NCBI GenBank assembly: GCA_050084515.1
Contig: CM114271.1
Coordinates: forward strand, 43,648,001 to 43,712,000
Direction: 5' to 3'
DNA from: Blasia pusilla
Taxonomy: Eukaryota
Length of the DNA: 64,000 nucleotides
The number at the start of each line of letters is the position of its first letter. Positions within the stretch are counted from its first letter, which is position 1. A program made the translations under genes and the position numbers. The notes below the pieces were generated by a model. It was not told the origin of the DNA. It made no database searches and saw only the letters and a list, made by a program, of their open reading frames with translations. Of this stretch, positions 31,621 to 42,300 are shown one piece after another.

Positions 31621-34173
31621 TTCAGCTTAATTAGGAGTAGTTGAGCAATATCGTTTACGGATGCAACAGATCACAGCTATTGCGTTGGTGAGCCCCATGC
31701 CTACCAAGACAGTTGAGGCAATGGTTGGGGGCAAGATCCGAGGACATCGACACACCAGGGATGATCAAGAGAGACACCCTTGGACTTCTTGGGATGTTTT
31801 GCAGGTATGTCAGGAGATGGTAACCACAATATCGAGCGTGGTTTTGGGTACTGCATATGGAGATGAGAGTTATATTATTCGAGACAGGGTTGCACCATAG
31901 CAACCACCAACACCCGCATCGGAGAGTCCTACCGTAGTCACGATGGAGACTTGGGATCCAGATATGGGCCCTAAGTTAACAGAAGGAGAGCGATGCCGGA
32001 TTCATCAGTTCCTGAGGAGTTATAGGAGTTGGTTTGCATTTAGCATGCAGGATTTGGGTACGTTGAAGGATCCTTGGATCCACATTGAGTTATCAAGTGA
32101 CACGCCGATCTTCCAACGATCCTACAGGTATAGTGACATGGAGAGAATTCTGATTCAGAGTAGGAACTAGGACTTGGTTGGAGCAAGACTAGTGGAGATG
32201 TCACATGGAGAGTATGCATTTGCCACTGTCATGCCCGCCAAGAAGGTGTTGCATGGCAACTGGACGGATAGGCGGATGTGTGGAGATTACCGACCTATCA
32301 ATCGGCAGAAAAAGTCCGATTGGTATGCCATGTCCACTCTTGAGGAGATCTTTGATGCTATTGGGCATGCAAAGGTCTTCAGTTTGTTAGATCTTCGAGT
32401 CGGATACCATCAACTACCTACCACATTGGAGGACAGACAGACGGCATTTTGGGGCATCGATCCTCAAAGGAAGGATTGCTTGTACCAGTGGCGGTTCTTT
32501 CCATTTGGGTTAAAGAATATGCCGGCTGAGTTTTAGAGGGTCATGGATAGGATCTTGGCAGGTTTGGATTTTGCTAGATATTATATTGATGACATCGTAG
32601 TCTTTAGCGCCATGATTGAGGAGCATGAGCGACATCTAGAGAAGGTGTTCCGACGATTACAATTACATGGGGTGAAGCTACATCCAGGCAAGTGCAAGTT
32701 CTTCTACGACCACACTGAGTATTTGGGTCAAACGATATACCCATGTGGCCTTGGTGTACAACAGATGAAGGTAGAGGCTATTTCACGCATTCTACACCCT
32801 ACAGATATGAGTGGAGTTCATGCATTCATGGGATTGGCTAACTTCTATCAACAGTACGTCAAGGGTTTTACCTCGATTGTGCAACCGCTGACCTTCTTGA
32901 CCAAGATGGATCAAGAGTGGTACTAGGAGGATGAGCATGAGAGAGCATTTCAGATGCTCAAGGACAAATTGACGTCCACGCCCATATTGAGGAGCTTGAT
33001 CAGGGGACGTCCTTTCCAGTTGCATACCGATTGGAGCATGTTGGGGCTTGGAGCTATGCTCATCCAACATGACGATGATGGTAGAGAGTTCATGGTGGCT
33101 TACGGTAGTCGCTCGAGCAAAGTTGTAGAGGCAAAGTATAGCTTGTATGAGGGTGAGTGCTTGGCTATGGTGTGGGTTGTGGCACACTTCAGGTATTATC
33201 TATTTGGCAACCCCTTTATCATCATTATTGATCATTAGGCACTTAAGTGGTTGATGGAGTCCGACAAGTTTACAAGGAAGCTTGCAATGTGGGCTCTTTT
33301 GTTGTAGGAGCATGACTTCGAGGTGGTGCATAGACGTGGGACTCTCAACCAAGATACATATGGTTTGAGCCGTAACCCATGCCCGAGTCAGCGAGATGCG
33401 ATTGGAGCTCATTGGCATGGTGAAAGTGATGAGGAGTTGGTGCTAGGATGGCATGCGTCAGCCTATTTGGGCTTGTTGTCTATGGAGAGCCAGATTGTTG
33501 AGACTTCCATGGCGAGGTCTGATGGAGAGTCCTTAGATCTAGAGGCCGGTCAGGCGACGACAGGTGGCCAAGATATTCACAACGATGGAGTGGTCTTGGA
33601 GTACTTGCGTACTGACAGTGTCGCGAGCACAGTGGATGCTAGGGAGTGGGATCGGATCCTACAGCAAGCCAGACGATTTGGGTCGGAGGGCACACATGTG
33701 TTGCGAGTGTGGGAGGATGATAGAGTGCATGTAGTGCCTCATCCTTCGCAAAGAGTACGTTTGGTGCGTCATGCCCACGAGGAGTTGGGTCATTTTGGAG
33801 TGAAGCGGATGTACATCTTGCTCCAGATTTACTATTGGTGGCGAGGCATGCAGACTGACGTTCAGCAGTTTGTTGCCAAATGCATGCTCCGACTTCACAG
33901 TTGCATCCACTTCCGATCATCGGTTTAGTTTCTAGATGGATTTTGGATTTTGCAAGACCTTTACCTTTGACGGTGCGCCATAGTCATTATGTGTTGTTGA
34001 TGGTCGAGCACTTCTCGAAGTGGATAGAGTTGGTTGCATTGTCTGACAAAGCGAGTGAGGGAGGAAGTAGCGTATGCCTTCCTAGATCGAGTGCTGAGTC
34101 ATTACCCTGCACCAGCTGAGGTGTTGACAAACCAAGGTACAAAGTTTTACGGGGAGTTTCAGGCCTTGTAAGA

Positions 34174-34206
34174 TTAGGGTTTAGGGTTTAGGGTTTAGGG
34201 TTTAGG
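34174..34206 (+). repeat. Interstitial plant telomeric repeat (TTTAGGG), about 4.7 units
   Basis: ttaggg tttaggg tttaggg tttaggg tttagg read directly. Confidence 0.9.
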
Positions 34207-37200
34207 CTTTGCAAGATTATCCTGAGGCGGATGAACTAACGGAGAGGGTTGTGCAGACGGTGAAGAAAGAACTACGCAAGTATGGCTTGTAGAGAGGCCA
34301 CCTAGGAGATTGGGACCTTCAGTTGCCGTATTCAACAGGTAGGCATCCTTAGCGTCTTTCTCATCGTACTTGTTGCTTTATGGATGTGAGCCAGATTTAC
34401 CTACGACCATTCGTCGAGATGTTGGTGAGGTGTTGAACCTTGATAACTTGATGTATGGATGAGAGCATGTTCATAGAGGGCTGAGTTGTTCCAAAGAGTC
34501 ATGCCCATGGCGTTTGAGAACTTGGTGATTGCGCAACATCGGGATACATTGAGGTATGCGACTATTCGGGGGGGGTGGTTATCAACCTACTATCAGGAGA
34601 TTTCATCAGGGAGACTATGTCTACTTGCAGCAAACAACATCCACTACGTTGGATGTGACTGCAAGGTGCACCATCTTGAGAGTGCGTGACTTGAGGTGCA
34701 CCATCTTGAGAGTGCGTACCTTCACGAGTAGTGGAGGACATGCTCAAGAGGTTGAGGATGACCTACTAAGGCCCTGGGAAACTTGAGAGAGTAGGTTTCC
34801 CCTTCGTTTCGGCTCATTTGGAGCAATATTGAGGAACTTACTATTTTAGGCAAGTATCATTTTGAGTATATGGTCGATTTATATTTTTCGTAATTGGCCT
34901 TTGACCTCCTACATCAGGTCAAGAGCCAAGGAGGTGACTTGGGAGCATAGGTTACCATGAAGAGAGAGCTTGGGAGAGGTGAGGGGTATACCTCAAGGAG
35001 AGAGAGCTTGAGAGCTCATTCTCTCTTTGTTGAACCTCTTGGCATGAGGCGGAAAAGCTATGGTCTTGCTTGCCTTGTGTGTGTAACCGAAGCCTCTCAT
35101 TAGGAGAGCGGGTTTGGTTTGATATTGAGAGAGATATGTGAAAGTGCACACATTTGAGAGCAATGGTGTTGAGAGAGATTGGATCTTGATTTATTGGAGA
35201 TATTTTGGTACTTCTTATCTCCTTGTTTGGATACCATGAGTTAGCATGGGATCGTGTGTGTTTGTGTGTGTGTTCGGTGAAAGCGATGTATGTTGTGTAT
35301 GCTCACGACATGCTCTAGTCAAAACAACATTTTCAGTAAATTGTGTTATCTTTTATTTTTGTTACTTTCTCCTTTCGATAATCCCATTCACATTTTGTGC
35401 ACAATTCAGAATATTCCTGCCACATTATCGATTTTTCCAATTAGGTTCCACTTACTATCACATTACTCTAGCTAGCATATTGCATTTGAGTTCTTCGTCC
35501 CACTACCACTAACACTACCTTCAACATTAACTAATGTTATTGTCCATTTCTTCAACCAACTATTGTTAACAATCACAACACAAACTCCTTCCCGTTCCCA
35601 CTCAATTTCATTCAGTTTTACCATATCTTACGCCAATAAGTTCCTCGTACTCCACCTCAATTTACACTGCTCTTCACATATACCTACTTTTCAAGGGTTC
35701 TTCTAAGATGCATTACTAATACTACTCTTCCACTTTGTCAGTCCCTTTGGTCACGATTGCCAAAGTATTTAATTTTCCTTGCATTCGTCAACCTTACATT
35801 TCCCATGATCCTTTTTCACTCTTCTACAATTTTGCCTACAATTCCAATAGACACATTTTACAATTCGCTCCAATGCTTCAAACATAACTTCTAATCTCTT
35901 ACATCTCTTCACACATTCATGTTCAATTATCCATATCAACCTACTAACAAATTAAAATTAACTTTTCCTACCTTTTGTTACAACTTTCTGATCCTTTTAT
36001 AATAACAGAGCGTTACAAGAAATTACTATTTTACCAACATATGTTCATCATAATGTCCTATAGCACCTTATATTTTCCTCGTTTAGTAGTCCATTATAAC
36101 TTTTGGCTGCACATTGGTTGGATTTGGGGTATTGCGTATGTCGGCCCTGTTTTGTTACATGAGTTCATGAGAGTGAATGGAAGAGGGATAGAAACACCCT
36201 GAAGGATTCTTGAGTTGTGGGGGTGCGAGACATTGGAAGGGCTCGCTTTTCCGTGGATGTAAAACTCCATATTCTAAGGGCGCGATTCCATGGCTCAAAT
36301 TGTATTGGAGACGGTGGTAGTTAGCTAGATCTAAAACATCGTATGGTCTACTTACTTTTGAAACAATCAGAGTAATGAGTTCTTTTTGTCGGCGTCAATG
36401 GTTTTGGGCGGGGTCGTTGGAATTCTTGGGAAGACAAATTTTGGGCGCAAGAAGTCCGCATCGTCCTAGCGCCCTGCCATACCTTCCAATGCCGGTTTGT
36501 TATATGAAAACAAACTGGTTCTTCAAGTTTGTTTCGATAAGCGGCTTTCCGTTCTATTGTGGGTGCACTCGGGTTTCTTGTGTCCATTTTGTGTGTTCGG
36601 TTGCATGTGCGCTCAGTCCTCGATTATGGAGCTACCTGCCGGCAACCGGCGGAAATTCGCAGGACCCCTTATCCGGCTGTTGGAGCCGAATAAGGGGTTT
36701 CAGGGTGGCACGCGACCCCAAGATCCCTGCCAACTCGCAGTCGAGGTCGCCGCGATCATGTCACAGAAGGTGTGTTAGAAATAGGTGGTAATACCGTCAC
36801 AAACTTTGCGACGTTCATTGAATACTATCCGTAGGATCCGGAATCCGGGGTCGGGTCAGGTCATGACGATCTCGGCCGCATGGGACCGATGATTCGGGCG
36901 ACCGAGCTGGATCAGCGGAAGGATCTTGCGTTCTTGCTGCGGACGAAGACGGACGACTACGGTGCAATCACAGGGATTGCCACGCAACTGTCCTGAAGAA
37001 GGAGAAGACGGATTTCGGATTGAATCGCTGCGTCGGAGCATGTTTCTGGTTGCAGAAATCACAACAAATTGTCAACAGGAGACGGTGGCGCGTGTTTGAT
37101 GATTGGCAGGGGTGAAACTGTGAAGAAGAAGAAGGTGGAGGAGGAGGCAGGGTTGGATTGAACTTCTGCCGCGGAAGTTGTTTTCGGTTGCAGAAATCGC

Positions 37201-37460
37201 CAGAAATTCTCAGCACTATAGGCGGGACGATATCCCATTGCTGGGAATTACAATGCGATGCAGGAGGCTTTGTGAAGCCCAATATTATATGCTGCATTGC
37301 ATTGGTATTCAGGTCGCACCCAACTTGGATAAGCCTTGTGGCTAGTTGTCGTAGAGATCGGGATCAATGGCGGCCCGCTGTCCTTAACATCGCTGGTCCG
37401 CAGTGTTTTTAATCAGCAAAGGCTGGGGGCGTGAAACATTGCTCCTTTGGCATCGCAGCG

Positions 37461-38141
37461 ATGGATTCACCCCAAAAGCAGACGGCACCGCCACATTCTG
37501 GTGCGCTGCAAACTGTGGATCAATTTGACAAGCATCTGTCCGTGAGGGTGCATTCGTTGGGTCTACAGGTGCCCCGATGGACTCTCCGCTTGCTGGAGTA
37601 CTCGGGAGACGGGCTTTTCTGGATTCCCATCACAGCGGCCATATGGTTGGCTCCAGTGCTGCACGAACTCCCGGAGCTTCGCAGCTTTCTGTTGAACTTG
37701 TTCGTGGCGTTCATGTTTGACCTGATCTTCATTGGGACTATGAAGAGCATAATTCGTCGCCCTCGTCCAGTGTACAACAAGGGTATGTACGTAGTTGTTC
37801 CTGTGGATCACTGGTCCTTCCCCAGCGGCCACTCCTCCAGGGCCTTGTTGATTGCTGCATTCTTTTGGTTCTACCTGCCATTGTGGAAAAGTCTCATCTC
37901 CCAACGCCTGGTTCCATTAGCTGCTCCTATGGCAGCATGTGTACTGTCCTTGTGGGCCGTGTCTACTGCCTGTTCTCGGGTATTACTCGGTCGACATTAC
38001 GTCATGGATGTGGTGGTGGGATCCGGATTGGGTGTTCTCGAGGCCGTATTTGTACACGAGTTTCTTCACATCTCTGCGGGTGCATCTCAAGCAATTTATC
38101 ACTCCTTGCTACCCACAGTCTGGCAAATGGGAAGGATGTGA
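37461..38141 (+). CDS. PAP2-family lipid phosphate phosphatase (LPP-beta/PLPP6-like), intronless
   Basis: Three PAP2 motifs KSIIRRPRP, SFPSGH and SRVLLGRHYVMDV with hydrophobic helices; first ATG at 37461. Confidence 0.92.
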   Translation: MDSPQKQTAPPHSGALQTVDQFDKHLSVRVHSLGLQVPRWTLRLLEYSGDGLFWIPITAAIWLAPVLHELPELRSFLLNLFVAFMFDLIFIGTMKSIIRRPRPVYNKGMYVVVPVDHWSFPSGHSSRALLIAAFFWFYLPLWKSLISQRLVPLAAPMAACVLSLWAVSTACSRVLLGRHYVMDVVVGSGLGVLEAVFVHEFLHISAGASQAIYHSLLPTVWQMGRM

Positions 38142-39379
38142 TCAACAATGGGCTCTGCAGTGTCCTCACACTCGATCTGAACGGGACTCACTGTCTATTG
38201 GTGTCCAATCGGAAAGAAGATAGACTTCTTACAGAGGACGTTCGTTACAGAGCATGACCGACTCCTATAACTTTTACTTGCAACTCCATGGAGGGGCATA
38301 TGCTTGAAGAAAATAGAGGTTTGGCAGAATAGATTCGTGTAGGAACACCCCAATAACTCTCGTCTCCATAACAGTAACAGGTGAACTCTGCAGTAGCTTC
38401 CGCTTGGTGATTGCTGAACTCGAATCTGCGAGGTTGGTTGGTACGATGGGGGATTGGCGTACATCTTGCTCATTGCGTAATACAGTCCGGAGCACGAGCA
38501 CCTGCTTCATGCGTGGATTAGGAACAATCTTCGATTAGTTAGAGATGAACTCAGCTGCAAACTGAATGAAGGTAAAAGTGTTCTTCAAGAAGTCACACTC
38601 CATAACTCACGATTTCAAATGCCGCAGATGCGTATACCAATAGGCCATCAGAGTCACAAACCCCAAGGCATATTTTGATGCAGCAATTTGTCAATTTCCG
38701 TGTGGAACCTACGCCTGCAAAACTCAAGCAGCTTCTGGCCTGCGTCTCTACAGAGGTGAAATGTCCAGTAATGATTGTCACAAGTCGAGAGTACCTTATA
38801 TGAATGACCCACTGACAAGCTGCAAATAGTTTGTAGCTTGTTGCTTGCATTTTGGTGGCTTACGCGACACATCTCCCACCACCGAAGAGGAAATTTCTCA
38901 GATGGGTCTTTTCCATGACTCAGAACAGGTTGGAGGTTCAAAAAGTACGGGTGCTGATATCTGCCCGTTGATTATGATACTCCGGAAAGTTCATATTCAA
39001 GACCGTTTTGTAGTGTATGTGGTATTATCATTTGATTTGTACAGATAATGGGTGAAGACAGTGGAAAGTCACTAGAAGCCCAACAATAACCCAATTGACA
39101 CCTATGAAATAAAGTAACCAGTAGCCAAAATAGAATTCTATGGAGTCCGACCCATCAGTGACAGGAAAACTGTTGTGTTGGCACTAGGGGATCCTAGTAG
39201 GAACCGTCCATAAATGGCGTAAACTACAGACGAGCCACAATGAATCGTGCTAACATTAAAGGAGATTGATTCTGAATCCTGGTGTGTGTACAATTCAAGT
39301 CTGCTAACTTCAAAATTGTGTATTAGTTTATCTAATTCTAAACCCCATTCAGCCTCACTTTACAACTGCCGACGAGGAT

Positions 39380-42300
39380 TTAAGTATTATTACGTGACGG
39401 ACAGGCATTTGACCAATGAGAGGAATCGCCACAGATGAAGCAACTTCCTCTGGTCGCAGTGCCCGTGGCTCCCCTGGCTGATTGCCCTCTCCGCCCTCTG
39501 CTAGTGGTGGCTTGGCCGCCACGCGCAGTTCCCCTGGTAATAGTTCTTGCACTTCCTCTTGAATTTGGCCTGGACCCCGCTTGATTTTGATTTGTGCCGG
39601 TTGACCTTTGGCCTCGACTGCTATTGCTGCTTGAATTGCCCCTTTGTGTGACGGTTGATTGAGGTGTTCTTCCAGAGTTCCCAGGATCTTCCCACCTGCC
39701 AATAAAGCCAATTAATTACTAGTACTCTACTGATGGAATATCACACATTCTCCCGAAATCGCGGGTCTCAAACCTGGACTGTCGGAAATCATCCACAAAT
39801 TATCGGTCTGATAGAAGCCGCTATTGTCATGCTCCTGAGTGCTACCACATCCAGTAACTTATACGAAAACTAATCACTCCGACCAACTTACATGAAAAAG
39901 TCGCATGTTCGTGATGGACATCGATAAAATTGTCTGCCACGATTGGCCTCGGTGTTGGCTGTTAGCAGAACACACTGCTCGTTGCAGTTGCACCGAATAT
40001 CTTCGCTTGAACCTGAGAAAACAAGGTTCGAAGCTAAGCCCTCCCTAAAATTTAAAGTCCCAGGTCTTGATTAGGAGAGTAGCTGGGCTCAAGGGTTCGG
40101 AACTTCCCTAGGAGAAAATTCTGAACACAGATGGATCATCTAGAAGTAGCTCTTGGAATTCTCCTTGGTCCTGTCGATTGGTCTTTAATAGCTAGCACGC
40201 GACGGAATTATGCTATTCACCAAACATGTGCACATAGAAACGGGAACGCAAGAATGGAGTCGGTGCTAAACCTGTAACTGTGCTTCGAATCCGTCCACCT
40301 TGTCTCCGTGGACAGTCAGTAGAATAGTGCCCTAGCTGCCCACAATCTGAGCATGCTCGCGAACTTGACACGCTACCATTATTCGTACGTTCTGCGCCTC
40401 TCTGATTTGTAGTGCGCCGTCCTGTTGCTTGCACCCCATTGTGTCCCTGACCAGCTGCAATACTTGATGGTGAGATTCACCTAACTAACTAGGGACTACT
40501 TGATTGTAAAATTCCAGTGTTTCCCCGCGGAGACATGTGTCCTAAAATTTTGGGAGAAAAATGATGGAAAGTTGACTACTTCTGACGTCACTCCTGGAAT
40601 TGTTAATATCAGCACAAGAATTACCTGTTGACGACCGAGATCCGGTTCCACACATTTCGATTATCTCTTTCAGAATATCATCGCAGCCACCTGTACAACC
40701 TGAAGACCAGACCAACTGCAGGCGTGAGGAGTCTGAAACTAACCACTTCTTCTCATTTGGCTGTTGGGAGGCCTTCTTGGGATCGCATCAACTTAGAATG
40801 GGCAGTAAAAAATCAAGTAGTAGAGGGACATATACATGATTTGAATATTGAGTGAAAATATAGATGAAATATCAGCTCATCTGGTACATGAGGGGGTTGT
40901 TTCACATAGAAAATAAGAAATCAATAGATAACAACCGTGGGTTCTTGTTGAAAGCCCTCCTAATCCAACAGTTCTTTTGAATATTTAGCTCAGAGAGGAA
41001 TGCGTGCCATGTCGGTTTAGCTTGTACAAATACTTGACTCGACCTAGTCCTTCAATTAGGGCTTGCATGCAACTTCTGAGCCATTCTGCAGGATTGAATT
41101 GGACCCTGCGAATGAGAGTCATAGACTCTGAAGGCTTGAGAAGCCAGAAATAACCTGTATGATCAGTACTATATTGGGGAGGTATTTCGGCTCTCCTGAA
41201 CTTGAATCGAATTTTGAAGACTTCGCCTGAAAGGAAAATTCACTGCACATCAGCTCTAGCAATCGTACAACGAGAACACCCAAGATTACATCGGTTAAAA
41301 AACTACATTATTTAAATGCATTCAAACATTTCAATCCTGTTCTTACTTATGTTAGAATGACATTCCAATCCTGTTCTTGCTTATATTAGAATAGTTGGTT
41401 TGTGGCATCCACACTCGTCCACATGCTTAACTCAGATTCGATAAAATCTGTATCTCCAGACACATCTGCTAGAAGTTCAGGCGTGAATATGACTTTTGTA
41501 ATGACCAGTTCATTATCTTTAGCAGGGTGAACCATTTAGCGAATGTGTTCATAGAGAGGCACACCGTTCCCCAACCATCAGTACATTGTAGGAAGAGACC
41601 AAGAGGTTTCTCTAGGATCCATTGCAGGAGCAACTCACTCTTCTGTAGATGGATCCAGATCTGTTGGTCGTTGGCCAATCAAGGGGCAGGATTGTTGTGA
41701 CATGGATACGTCCAATAATCCTGTGGTGTAAACCAAGTGTCTGATCAGGGACTGAGAGACGCAGCTCTCATAGAAGAATTATGACTGTTGGTGAACCGAT
41801 GTGATCCACAGCTTAGTATCGAGTGGTTAGGGCTTATGTAGCCAATAAGGAGGACAGTCTCTTTATTCTATTGAAATCAGAGGAGCCTCATCTCCTCTAT
41901 GCTCTGTGTGTTTGATCGTGTTCTTTATCCTCAATCTTCAATCTGTATTACAGACAGAGTGAATTCTAACAACATCAACCAGCATGACAGCTCAACCATT
42001 CATGACAATGCAAACACCAAATAAGTAACCATTAATTGTTCATAAGGGACATCCGTGACTAGCATGAAGCACGTTGTAGGTTTGAAAGCCATCTGACATT
42101 GTAGCTAACCCCAACTGAACTTGAGGTCCTACCTGGTCCACACAAATTGCATGTTTGAGTTGTGACAGATGCCTCTGCGATGACACCAGGTAGCCAAACA
42201 ACACTTCTGCACTGAGATACCCACAAAATGATGTCATATGAAGTCCTTGAAAGAGACGGAAAGATCGTTGTCTGAGAAATATTTGCAGCTCTACTTGGAT

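Larger units (their letters stand above)
25558..35310 (+). mobile_element. Ty3/gypsy LTR retrotransposon carrying a C5 DNA methyltransferase, copy B (decayed)
   Basis: 5' LTR from TGTCACGTC (25558 to about 26074, 3'-truncated); gag with two zinc knuckles (28787-29071); protease VLLDSRA (about 29960); MTase (30679-31620); RT (RMCGDYRPIN, LDLRVGYHQ, PFGLKN, YIDDIVV; 32174-32926); RNaseH (FQLHTDWS, 32954-33300); integrase (33750-34700); 3' LTR about 34718-35310 ending GCTCACGACA. Confidence 0.93.

Noticed and set aside
36348-37412. Several overlapping 68-138 aa ORFs upstream of the PAP2 gene
   Set aside because: No recognisable motifs; probably GC-rich 5' UTR or promoter.
39355-39711. 118-aa minus-strand ORF as a separate gene
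   Set aside because: Alternative frame of the last TOP3A exon.
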